Assembly (NCBI GenBank): GCA_965200875.1
Contig: OZ241456.1
Location: forward strand, 352,001 to 416,000
DNA from: Bdellovibrionales bacterium
GTDB taxonomy: Bacteria; Bdellovibrionota; Bdellovibrionia; Bdellovibrionales; UBA1609
Length of the DNA stretch: 64,000 nucleotides
Direction: 5' to 3'
Shown here: one piece after another, positions 1-8,275 of the stretch
How positions within the stretch are numbered: position 1 is the stretch's first letter
How the letters are laid out: each line of letters starts with the position of its first letter
Position numbers and translations under genes: made by a program
The notes under the pieces: model-generated
The model's database searches: none
The model's input: the letters and a program-made list of their open reading frames with translations, nothing else
What the model was told of the DNA's origin: nothing

Positions 1-99
1 CAAGCTTATAGTGAGGCCCAGAGTGCCAGCCACTAAAATGCCAGCTAGTCCTCCAAATCCTCTTTTTCCTCTTAAAAAACTTGTGTAATACATTTTCAT
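1..99 (-). CDS. 5' end of a prepilin-like protein (runs off the window edge)
   Basis: Manual translation from ATG at 99: MKMYYTSFLRGKRG|FGGLAGILVAGTLGLTISL. Basic leader, G|F site and hydrophobic helix, but no Glu+5. Starts 6 nt after the stop of the upstream pilin-like gene. Confidence 0.65.
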   Translation of the reverse strand, partial: MKMYYTSFLRGKRGFGGLAGILVAGTLGLTISL

Positions 100-105
100 G
101 TTAAC

Positions 106-1269
106 CTATTTAGGTATGTCAGGTTCAGGTACGCAAACTATCGGTGCTCCTCCCGGTTCAGGGAGAGGACATTCACATTTTTTAGTATCTGGATTATACC
201 TTGTAAGGCCTGTACAGATTATTGGTTCATCAGGTTCATCAGGTTCAGGGGTTGGTTCATCAGGTTCAGGGTTTGGATCATCAGGTTCAGGCGGAGGCAC
301 AATACATTTTAAACTTATTTTGTTCCAAATTTTTCCAGTCGGGCATTTACAGGTCACCCCGGTCCAGATTTTGTCATAAGGACAATCACAATTTGACCCA
401 ATCCTTCCCCCGGAACAGATACGGCTACAAATCGGATCCCCGTCTTTGTCAAAACCCTGTAAAAACTCGTCAGCATTCGGACAACTTAAATTCCCAGTTT
501 CAGGAATCGCCGGAAATGCCCGGCAATCTTCTTCACCGTCTGCTTTTCTGCCAACATAAACTTGACCGGGAGGGCAGGTTGGTTTTTCCTGGCATCTTGG
601 GTTTCCATCTCCGTCAAATCCGCTTAAGTATTGTTCATCTGAACAAGACACACTCAAACTATCTCCTATACTTTTGCAAGCTGATAACGAACAGCTGGTG
701 ATTTTATTATTATCGCCGGGGTCATGCACGATTTCCAAATCACAGGATTGGTGATAACAGCCTTTGTTGTCAGTGGTTGAACATTCTCCATCTCCCAAGG
801 TTTTATAAGAACCTAGTTGAGGCTTGCTGTAATAAACAGCAAAAGTATATTTGTCCGAACCTTCGTTTGACAGTTCAAGGCTTTTTACAGATATCAGATC
901 GCCTTTAAAACCTCCGGTGGCAAGATAAAGTATGTCGTCTGAAGTGTTGGGACTTGGAGGGGTATTGTTTCCCTCAGTCTTCATATATTTACCGCCGGTG
1001 AGTTTGCCTTTTTTATGGGTGCGGTCAGAGAGCCTAGAAGGATCTAAATTCCATTTGCAATCCTCCTCATTGCTTAACATTCGCCGAATGGTGATATACA
1101 AATCCTGCTCCTTTTGCTGAGTGCTGGACACCTGAGCAGAGCTTATGGTTATTTGAGAGAGCTTTAAAACGGCTAGACCTAAAACAAGTCCAACCCCGGT
1201 GGCTACAAATACTTCCACCAGACCAAAACCTTTATTGCCAAAGAGAATTTTTTTCATACATGTGGTCAT
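106..1269 (-). CDS. Type IV pilin/pseudopilin-like protein with Cys-rich repeats and a Pro/Glu/Asp linker
   Basis: N-terminal NKG|FGLVEVFVATGVGLVLGLAVL prepilin cleavage/methylation motif; C-terminal Cys-rich modules and PEPD repeats. True start may be 1257. Confidence 0.8.
   Translation of the reverse strand: MTTCMKKILFGNKGFGLVEVFVATGVGLVLGLAVLKLSQITISSAQVSSTQQKEQDLYITIRRMLSNEEDCKWNLDPSRLSDRTHKKGKLTGGKYMKTEGNNTPPSPNTSDDILYLATGGFKGDLISVKSLELSNEGSDKYTFAVYYSKPQLGSYKTLGDGECSTTDNKGCYHQSCDLEIVHDPGDNNKITSCSLSACKSIGDSLSVSCSDEQYLSGFDGDGNPRCQEKPTCPPGQVYVGRKADGEEDCRAFPAIPETGNLSCPNADEFLQGFDKDGDPICSRICSGGRIGSNCDCPYDKIWTGVTCKCPTGKIWNKISLKCIVPPPEPDDPNPEPDEPTPEPDEPDEPIICTGLTRYNPDTKKCECPLPEPGGAPIVCVPEPDIPK
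222..297 (-). repeat. Coding tandem repeat (PEPDD/PEPDE)
   Basis: Repeated ggttcatcaggttca-like units encoding PPPEPDDPNPEPDEPTPEPDEPDEP. Confidence 0.8.
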
Positions 1270-1309
1270 GGTTTTTAAAGTTCCCTCTCTTTAAACTATA
1301 CTGGCCTCG

Positions 1310-1342
1310 CAATAAAATTCTTGTTTTCTTGCAAAAAGTGTC
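1310..1342 (+). repeat. Fragment of the interspersed repeat; inverted copy of 3120-3152
   Basis: ttgttttcttgcaaaaagt (1321-1339) is the exact reverse complement of 3123-3141; 28/33 matches over the extended alignment. Confidence 0.7.
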
Positions 1343-1392
1343 TTTAATGTGCTTGGTTTTACTCATTCACTTTAAATTGGTTCAAAATGGCG

Positions 1393-1420
1393 TATCGGTC
1401 TTCTTTGATTAGGACTTTAG
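1393..1420 (-). promoter_or_regulatory. Possible sigma28 (FliA)-type promoter for the pilin-like genes
   Basis: Minus strand CTAAAGT...ACCGATAC; spacer is 1 nt longer than the TAAA-N15-GCCGATAA consensus. Confidence 0.35.
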
Positions 1421-1490
1421 TGGGGAGAGTGAAAAAAACTGGTCTTATGGGACAAAAAACAGCTTAAAAAAGCTTAAAAACAAAAAAAAC

Positions 1491-1518
1491 TTGAAAGAGG
1501 CAAAATGAGGTATATACT
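1491..1518 (+). promoter_or_regulatory. Putative sigma70 promoter
   Basis: TTGAAA-N16-TATACT upstream of the 1651 gene, which has an AAGGAGG RBS. Confidence 0.5.
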
Positions 1519-1650
1519 TATCTACACGACTATTGAATGGGTCTTGGATAAATACTCCTGCTCCATCCAATACTTAGAGCTTGATATGATAAGATTTTTT
1601 TTTGATGGATGATTATAAATTTCGGAAAAAATAAGAATTAAGGAGGAAAG

Positions 1651-2817
1651 ATGAAATCATTTTTACGAATAAGAGCTTGGCTTTTTTTGTTTGTATCCTG
1701 CTTTTTTACAGTAATGATTGTCTTGAGTTGCACCCAGGAGGGTCAGGAAAGTGGCACTTCCACCACCACAGGTTCCGGCACCAGGGATAGGAATGATGAA
1801 CCAGAAGAAGATGATGATGACAAACCCTTACTCACCTGTGAATTTTCCTCCTGTAGCGGAAGCGACTGTTGTACAGAAGATGATGAAAAATGCGAGGAAT
1901 GGTGTAGTAAAGACAAGTATTTAAGTCTAAGTGGAGATGAGGAGGATAAATGTCTTGGTGTTGGTAAAGAGCCTGGGCTGAAGAAGGAAACAGTGGAAAG
2001 ACTAAACGAAATATTTACTGGTAAGTTTAAAAGAAATAAAATTAATAGGAAGAACTTGGACAATCTAAAAGACAGGGATGATATAGAATTAATATGTGCT
2101 GCTGTAAAAGAGTTGGGTACAGATATATTGAACAATCATATTGAAGATTATAAAGAAAAACACGCCAAGTTTTTTTTATCTTGGCTCGCTAGAGAGAAAG
2201 TGGCTTTGGAGATATTTGAAAATGCAGAAGACGATGACGGTATTGAAATGTTGAAAGACCTTTTAAAAAAAGCAGGTAACAGTAGCTCAGATAACGAAAG
2301 CGAGCAGATTTTGATAGGTCTTACGAAAAAAATAGAGAACCTGGATGATAAAGATGAGAAGTTGCCGATTTTGGCTTTGGCTGATGAACATAACAACGAA
2401 CGATTGATAGAGTATTTCCATGAGACTTTTATCGCAGATGATGATGAGGCAATATGTGAAGAAGACAAAAGTAATAATTTACCAGAACCGGTTTCCGGTT
2501 CTGGTAAATATAGTAACGTCGCAGTAGCGGAAGACAACAAAGAGCAAGCCTGTGTTTTAGCGGTTTACTGTAAAATAGCTGATGATGGAATAATCGCCGA
2601 AGACCGAGATGATTTCAGAAAGGCTATGGCCGATGCTACGGAGTATTCACTTGATTTTATAGAAACAGATATAGAGGATGGAGGTTTAGACCCCGGCGAA
2701 AATACTAATAATGCTATTCATGATCTGACAGATGACGACGAGGAGGAGTGGTCTAATAACGCTTGTGAGAATTTGAAACACTACTGGGACAACGATGGTC
2801 TTGATCTTGGTTTATAA
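1651..2817 (+). CDS. Acidic, Cys-rich putative lipoprotein of unknown function
   Basis: 388-aa ORF, strong RBS, signal peptide ending VLS|C, very D/E-rich. Confidence 0.8.
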   Translation: MKSFLRIRAWLFLFVSCFFTVMIVLSCTQEGQESGTSTTTGSGTRDRNDEPEEDDDDKPLLTCEFSSCSGSDCCTEDDEKCEEWCSKDKYLSLSGDEEDKCLGVGKEPGLKKETVERLNEIFTGKFKRNKINRKNLDNLKDRDDIELICAAVKELGTDILNNHIEDYKEKHAKFFLSWLAREKVALEIFENAEDDDGIEMLKDLLKKAGNSSSDNESEQILIGLTKKIENLDDKDEKLPILALADEHNNERLIEYFHETFIADDDEAICEEDKSNNLPEPVSGSGKYSNVAVAEDNKEQACVLAVYCKIADDGIIAEDRDDFRKAMADATEYSLDFIETDIEDGGLDPGENTNNAIHDLTDDDEEEWSNNACENLKHYWDNDGLDLGL

Positions 2818-2961
2818 ATGAATGATTGAATTTAGGTTTTTAGATAGTACCCTTTGAAAAACCTCTGATAAAACAGGTTACTCGCCTGTTAAAGAAAAAG
2901 CTTCCCACCTCAAGCATAAGGTATGAGTCACTTTATTTTTTATCTTTTAAGCTGTTTAATG

Positions 2962-3233
2962 AGTCGATCCTGAATAAGTCTGTTTAGTGAGATATGCTCT
3001 TACCAATACTTCACCGCTCGGTCTCAAACATGCGTTTTGCCACACACGCGTCTTTTCAGTCGCGGTGTGCTCAAAGCCGAACTCGCCTCGTGGTGAGTAT
3101 CGGTAAGATCTTTTTCACTGATACTTTTTGCAAGAAAACAAAGGTTGTATTGTAAAATCTTGCAATTTTTCCCGAACCGTTTATAAAAAAAATCAAGTGA
3201 TAACAACGCTTTATTATTTATTCAGAACCGACT
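2962..3233. mobile_element. MITE-like non-coding element with 16-bp terminal inverted repeats and an internal hairpin
   Basis: agtcgatcctgaataa (2962-2977) vs reverse complement of ttattcagaaccgact (3218-3233), 14/16 identical; internal segments recur elsewhere in the window; no transposase. Confidence 0.5.
2986..3119 (-). ncRNA. Candidate structured RNA or ssDNA hairpin (unassigned)
   Basis: Nested stems 2998-3015/3092-3108, 3016-3028/3070-3082 and 3041-3050/3061-3069; GC-rich against an AT-rich background; mismatches become G.U pairs only on the minus strand. Confidence 0.45.
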
Positions 3234-3334
3234 ATTTCCGAGTGTATAGAGTGAGAATGTTCTTGTAACATCTGCTTATAACTCTCCGTCTTTTCATTCA
3301 GCATGACATTTACGCCTTTCAACTGGTTTTAAAT

Positions 3335-3886
3335 CTATTCTTTTTTCGAAAACCATACTCTCATATCTTCTTTTAAATCTTTAAAACCACTTGTCATATC
3401 AATTCTCAAACCATCAATTTTTTTATTTGTATCAGTGATATGATTACTCAAATCTTTTTTCGAATCATCAATTTTTTTATTTGTATCAATTCTCAAATCA
3501 TCAATTTTTTTATTTGTGTCAATTCTCAAATCATCAATTTTTTTATTTGTATCAATGATATAATTACTCAAATCTTTTTTCGAATCATCAATTTTTTTAT
3601 TTGTGTCAATTCTCGAATCATCAATTTTTTTATTTGTATCAGTGATATAATTACTCAAATCTTTTTTCGAATCATCAATTTTTTTATTTGTATCAGTGAT
3701 ATAATTACTCAAATCTTTTTTCGAATCATCAATTTTTTTATTTGTATCAGTGATATGATTACTCAAATCTTTTCGGATATGTCTCATTTCAATGGCAAGA
3801 TAAACCAAGATAACTATCCCTATCACAGAATATACGGGGACTTGGTCGCCTAAATAATTAAAAAAAAGAGGTGCAAAATTACTCAT
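3335..3886 (-). CDS. Membrane-anchored coiled-coil tandem-repeat protein (Bdr/KID-repeat-like)
   Basis: One N-terminal TM helix followed by KDLSN(H/Y)I and (T/I)DTNKKIDD(S/L)(K/R) repeats. Confidence 0.8.
   Translation of the reverse strand: MSNFAPLFFNYLGDQVPVYSVIGIVILVYLAIEMRHIRKDLSNHITDTNKKIDDSKKDLSNYITDTNKKIDDSKKDLSNYITDTNKKIDDSRIDTNKKIDDSKKDLSNYIIDTNKKIDDLRIDTNKKIDDLRIDTNKKIDDSKKDLSNHITDTNKKIDGLRIDMTSGFKDLKEDMRVWFSKKE
3404..3772 (-). repeat. Coding VNTR of 21-nt and 33-nt modules
   Basis: Five 7-aa and eight 11-aa near-identical units in the order ABABABBABBBAB. Confidence 0.95.
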
Positions 3887-3950
3887 TTCTACATTATATC
3901 ACATATAATTTAAAGCAACAATATAATACGGCTAACTATTGCTTTTTAAT

Positions 3951-4307
3951 TTAACCTGGTGGCCACTTCATGGGCCTACCTCCTAAAATATGAATGTGAA
4001 TATGATATACGGTCTGGCCACCGTCTGCTCCGGTATTTATCACCAGCCGCCAACCCTTTTTTAATCCCGCTTTCAAGGCGATTTCTTTTGCTTTTAAAAT
4101 CAGGTGGCCCATGAGAGACAGATCTTCTGATTCCACCTCCCGATGACTGAAAATCTCTTTTTTGGGTATCAATAAAATATGAACAGGAGATTGAGGGTTT
4201 ATATCATCAAAGGCAATACATAAATCATCCTCATAATGAATATTGGCTGGCACCTCTTTATTAATAATTTTTTGAAAAATAGTGGAAATGGCAAATCTCC
4301 TTACCAA
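3951..4307 (-). CDS. hinT: Histidine triad nucleotide-binding protein
   Basis: TIFQKII, DINPQSPVHILLIPK, GGQTVYHIHIHILGGR. Confidence 0.93.
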   Translation of the reverse strand: MVRRFAISTIFQKIINKEVPANIHYEDDLCIAFDDINPQSPVHILLIPKKEIFSHREVESEDLSLMGHLILKAKEIALKAGLKKGWRLVINTGADGGQTVYHIHIHILGGRPMKWPPG

Positions 4308-4313
4308 CGAGTT

Positions 4314-4574
4314 TTATTTGAACTCTGTCTTTCTGACTTTAGCATACTTTTTTCGAAATTTTTCCGCTCTGCCTTCTGTGTCCAATAACCTTTGCTGACC
4401 AGTATAAAAGGGATGGGAGGCACTGGATACATCAAAAGTCACTAAGGGATGGGTTTTGCCGTTTAATTCAATCGTGTTTTTGCTTTTCACAGTGGATTTT
4501 GTAATAATATGAAATTGAGTGGAAACATCCTTAAAAACCACTTCTCTGAATTTTGGGTGAATGTCTTTTTTCAT
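4314..4574 (-). CDS. rpmE: 50S ribosomal protein L31 type B (Zn-independent)
   Basis: MKKDIHP...DVSSASHPFYTG; 86 aa, no CXXC motifs. Confidence 0.95.
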   Translation of the reverse strand: MKKDIHPKFREVVFKDVSTQFHIITKSTVKSKNTIELNGKTHPLVTFDVSSASHPFYTGQQRLLDTEGRAEKFRKKYAKVRKTEFK

Positions 4575-4644
4575 AAAAACCTCATAACTTCTTCTGTTGA
4601 TTATATAACATATTTATAGCCTGTGGAAAAGCTTGTTTTGAGAC

Positions 4645-4679
4645 AAAAAATCAAGTATTCACAGTGTGTTAACACGCTA
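4645..4679 (+). repeat. Interspersed repeat fragment
   Basis: aaaaaatcaagtattcacagtgtgttaacac, 28/31 identical to 12740-12770. Confidence 0.7.
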
Positions 4680-4729
4680 TATCTTCTTTTTAAGGTTTTG
4701 TAAATCAATCAATTTACAAATCTGCCTCT

Positions 4730-6067
4730 TCAGGTGTCAGGAAATTCACATATAAATTCCATACCTCCAGCTGAACGGGAAATCGCTCGCACAAAACCGC
4801 CATGTTTTTCCATGGATTGTTTTACTAAAGCTAGGCCCACACCCGTCCCTCCTTTTTCTCTGGACCTTGCAGGATCCACCCTAAAAAATCTTTCAAAAAT
4901 TCTTTGTTGATATTTTTCTGGAATCCCCTCTCCGGTATCCATAACCTTAAGCAAAACCCGATCTTTCACATTTTCCCATCGAATATAAACATCGCACCCC
5001 CTGGGTGTGTGGCGACAAGCATTGTCTATTAAATTATACAACACCATTTCCACCCAGATCGGATTTGCCAGTACATGCTCTGCGGAAAAAAAATAGTGCA
5101 GTTTATGATCTTGAGGCACTATCATTTCCATAACCTGGCTGGTGATTTTTTTTGTGCTAAGTCGTTTTTTCTCCAAATAAGTCTGAGCTGTTAAATTGGA
5201 GAGACTCAGCAGATCATCCACTAAATTACTCATTCTTTTGCAATTTCTCAGCAATATTTGTAAAAAAATTTCAAATTGATCGAGCTTTTTTTGAGAAAAG
5301 TCGTGTATTAACATTTCCACATAGCCTTGAATGGAAGTTAAAGGGGTTTTTAACTCATGCGATACATTAGACACAAAATCAATATGTGCTTGTTGAGATT
5401 CCTTGATATCTGTTTGATCGTTAAACAGTAAAATCACATTGTTTATTTTTAGATCTGTATGAAAAACGGGCAAGGCTGTCACTTGAAAACTGCTTTTAAG
5501 ATATTGATTTTTTTTTTCGAGCGTACATTCTTTTACAATCACATTTTTTTTCTGCAAACACTGTTTAAAAATATTCATTACATCAGGAGAGCGGGTTATT
5601 TCCGTTATACTGCGCCGAGGAGTATTTTCCAAAGCCAGAGCTTTTTCTTCTAAAGAAAGAGGCTTTGAAGATCCGAAGCTCTTTGCATAAGGTCGATCTG
5701 TGAGAGATTCCTCTTCAACGGAAAAAGAAAATATTTCTGAGCTTTGAGAATTATGAAAAATCAAATCTCCTTTTTCATCCAAAATAATGACAGCTTCTTT
5801 TATACCAAAAACCATTTTTTTCACGGTTTCTCTTAAAAAGAAAAGCTGATTCGATTGATTTTGAATCCGGTTTTGTGTTCGTTCCATATAGTGAGTCAAC
5901 CGGGATATTGTATTCCCTTTCTTTACACTCAGGGAAGTTTCAGAGAAAGAACGATTTTTCTCTATAAGCTTGATGATTTTTCGCTTTAAATTCCAAAAAG
6001 GAATAATAACGCAAATTCCTCCCAAGACAAAAAAAACAAGGCTTAAAAGTAATAACACATTCCTCAT
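4730..6067 (-). CDS. phoR: Phosphate regulon sensor histidine kinase
   Basis: DFVSNVSHELKTPLT H-box, N/G/F boxes, RIFERFFRVD, PAS-like region, pst/pho context. Confidence 0.9.
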   Translation of the reverse strand: MRNVLLLLSLVFFVLGGICVIIPFWNLKRKIIKLIEKNRSFSETSLSVKKGNTISRLTHYMERTQNRIQNQSNQLFFLRETVKKMVFGIKEAVIILDEKGDLIFHNSQSSEIFSFSVEEESLTDRPYAKSFGSSKPLSLEEKALALENTPRRSITEITRSPDVMNIFKQCLQKKNVIVKECTLEKKNQYLKSSFQVTALPVFHTDLKINNVILLFNDQTDIKESQQAHIDFVSNVSHELKTPLTSIQGYVEMLIHDFSQKKLDQFEIFLQILLRNCKRMSNLVDDLLSLSNLTAQTYLEKKRLSTKKITSQVMEMIVPQDHKLHYFFSAEHVLANPIWVEMVLYNLIDNACRHTPRGCDVYIRWENVKDRVLLKVMDTGEGIPEKYQQRIFERFFRVDPARSREKGGTGVGLALVKQSMEKHGGFVRAISRSAGGMEFICEFPDT

Positions 6068-6786
6068 TAAATAAACCCGATTCGATATCCTATACCTCTT
6101 ACTGTTTCAATAAGCTTCCCATATTGTCCTATTTTCTTCCGTAAAATGGAAATATGGGTGTCCACTGTTCGGCCAGTGACATTAATCTCCTCTCCCTGAA
6201 TAAAGTTAATCATCTGTTTTCGGGAAAGGGCTTTTCCCTGATTTCTCAAAAGAACTTCCAATAAACGAAATTCAGAAAGTGTCAAAATTAATTCTTTTCC
6301 AGCTAAAAAAGCCTTATGCGCGGTTGTATCCAAGGTAAGATCACCTAGATGAAACTTAAAATCCTGATGGTTTTCCAACTTTGTGAGAGTGTTCATAAAA
6401 GAAAGTCGTTTAATCAGATTTTTCACTCGTGCTTTAAATACAGAAAAATCAAAAGGCTTAGTGATATAATCATCTGCACCGGCTTCGAGTCCCAGCACAA
6501 TATCCTCCGGATCAGACTTGGCGGTAACAAACAAAACGGGTGTGTTTTTATATGCAGAAGAAGGTGTCTTCATCCACTTTAAAAGCTCCAAACCATTGAT
6601 ACCTGGTATCATCCAATCCAGTATAACCAGCTGATAGGAATGATTAAGAAGTTTGTTGTAAGCTTGTTTCCCATTCTCAGCGGAGTCCACTTGGTAGCCC
6701 TCTCGAGACAAGTGCAGACATATAAGATTTTGAATATCTATCTCATCCTCCACAACCAATATGGAATGTAAAAGTGTGTCTTTCAT
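6067..6786 (-). CDS. phoB: OmpR-family response regulator PhoB
   Basis: Receiver (LDWMIP, GADDYITKPF) plus winged helix (RTVDTHI, ETVRGIGY); lies between phoU and phoR. Confidence 0.9.
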   Translation of the reverse strand: MKDTLLHSILVVEDEIDIQNLICLHLSREGYQVDSAENGKQAYNKLLNHSYQLVILDWMIPGINGLELLKWMKTPSSAYKNTPVLFVTAKSDPEDIVLGLEAGADDYITKPFDFSVFKARVKNLIKRLSFMNTLTKLENHQDFKFHLGDLTLDTTAHKAFLAGKELILTLSEFRLLEVLLRNQGKALSRKQMINFIQGEEINVTGRTVDTHISILRKKIGQYGKLIETVRGIGYRIGFI

Positions 6787-7514
6787 TTTGTATGATCCTC
6801 TTCATCCATGTCGATATCCTGATGCCGGACATCATCACCGGTTTTCAGGAAAATAACCTCCTCCGCTATATTAGTGGCATGGTCAGCTATTCTTTCCAAT
6901 TCACCGGCTATAATAATTAAATCAATACAGGGTTTTATCAAATGATTTTGAGACAGTGTAATTTCCTCCAACTCTTCCCGGAGTTTGTTTCTGATTTGAT
7001 CCACATTATCATCCTGACTGAGAATGGTTCGGGCCATCCGCTCATCCTCCACCACAAGAGCGTCAAGGGATTTATGCACCATTTTACTGACTTGATCAAA
7101 CATAGCTTCGAATAAATAAATCATCTCATCCAAAATAGGATCTTTTGTCACCACTTCTGCTCGTTCAGCAATATTGAGTGCCAGATCACCCATTCTTTCC
7201 AAGTCTGTATTTGTATTCAAAATTGCCAAAATAAGACGCAAATCTCCTGCCACAGGAGACTCTCTAGCTAAAATTTTAAAGCCCACCCTAGATACTTTCA
7301 GCTGAAGAGTGTTAATTTCTTCTTCTCTTTTTCTTAATTCACTCATGATCTCCGGGTTAAGGTTTTTGCTCAAAAGAATCTCCAAAGAGCTGGCAATGGT
7401 TTTTTCAACGAAACCGCCCATATTTAAAATTAAGGAGCGCATATAATTCAACCGCTCATCCAATTTGTTTTGTACTCTTCTCAATATATCTGTCCCTTTC
7501 GTTTTAAAAATCAA
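6783..7514 (-). CDS. phoU: Phosphate signalling protein PhoU
   Basis: [32 protein letters not shown]. Confidence 0.95.
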   Translation of the reverse strand: MIFKTKGTDILRRVQNKLDERLNYMRSLILNMGGFVEKTIASSLEILLSKNLNPEIMSELRKREEEINTLQLKVSRVGFKILARESPVAGDLRLILAILNTNTDLERMGDLALNIAERAEVVTKDPILDEMIYLFEAMFDQVSKMVHKSLDALVVEDERMARTILSQDDNVDQIRNKLREELEEITLSQNHLIKPCIDLIIIAGELERIADHATNIAEEVIFLKTGDDVRHQDIDMDEEDHTK

Positions 7515-8269
7515 CCAAACCGGCCAGTAATATACGATTCTGTTTTGGCTTTCCCCGGCTTAGTAAATATTTGTGAGGTTTTTCCATATTCTATCAATTT
7601 TCCAGAAAGTAAAAAAGCGGTTTTATCTGAAATGCGGGATGCTTGTTGCATATTGTGGGTGACAATAATGACTGTAACAGTTTTTTTAAGCTGTTGAATG
7701 AGATTTTCAATACGAGAGGTGGATATGGGATCCAAAGCCGAAGTGGGTTCATCCATTAAAACCACAGAAGGATTAATAGCCAGCGCGCGGGCAATGCAGA
7801 GTCTTTGTTGTTGTCCCCCGGAAAGAGAAGTTCCTGGACGTTTTAAAATATCTTTCACTTCCTCCCAAAGCGCGGATTGTTTAAGAGAGTTTTCCACTTT
7901 CTCATATAGAGCTTTTCTTTTCACTCCCATCAATTTAAGCCCCAATGCCACATTATCAAAAATACTTAAACCCGGAAAAGGGTTTGGTTTTTGAAAAACC
8001 ATCCCCACTTTTCTGCGAACCAAAACCGGATCAATATTTGTTTCATAAATATTTTGACCGGCCAATAAAACCTGACCCTGAATACCCGCCCCTGGTGCTT
8101 CTTCGTGCATACGATTCAAACATCGTAAAAAAGTAGATTTTCCGCACCCGGAAGGACCAATAAGTGCCACCACTTTATGAACAGGAATTTTCATATTAAT
8201 TTTTTTCAAAACCGGTACAGAAAAAAAATCAGCACTCAGGTCCTGAATTTTTACAAGTATATTTTCCAT
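7511..8269 (-). CDS. pstB: Phosphate ABC transporter ATPase
   Basis: [46 protein letters not shown]. Confidence 0.97.
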   Translation of the reverse strand: MENILVKIQDLSADFFSVPVLKKINMKIPVHKVVALIGPSGCGKSTFLRCLNRMHEEAPGAGIQGQVLLAGQNIYETNIDPVLVRRKVGMVFQKPNPFPGLSIFDNVALGLKLMGVKRKALYEKVENSLKQSALWEEVKDILKRPGTSLSGGQQQRLCIARALAINPSVVLMDEPTSALDPISTSRIENLIQQLKKTVTVIIVTHNMQQASRISDKTAFLLSGKLIEYGKTSQIFTKPGKAKTESYITGRFG

Positions 8270-8275
8270 AGTTTT

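Noticed and set aside
98..379. Gly/Ser-rich plus-strand ORF (GSSGSG)
   Set aside because: Antisense shadow of the PEPD repeat in the pilin-like gene
1461..1480. agcttaaaaa tandem duplication
   Set aside because: Short, A-rich, consistent with simple slippage
2998..3108. Hairpin as an integron attC site
   Set aside because: Ends are ACC/GGT rather than AAC/GTT, the spacer is paired, it is far from the upstream stop, and no integrase or cassette array is present
3024..3206. 60-aa ORF inside the MITE-like element
   Set aside because: Non-ATG start, no RBS, overlaps the hairpin and repeat motifs
3404..3772. Regular repeats as a possible CRISPR array
   Set aside because: No unique spacers; units are multiples of 3 and in frame within a CDS; no cas genes
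3440..3853. Hydrophobic IINFFIC-repeat ORF on the plus strand
   Set aside because: Antisense reading of the coding VNTR; stays open because the repeat unit lacks a stop
5689..5703. 15-bp exact inverted match between the phoR insert and the pstC-pstA spacer (9239-9253)
   Set aside because: A 15-bp match can arise by chance in 64 kb and it extends only weakly; needs a genome-wide count
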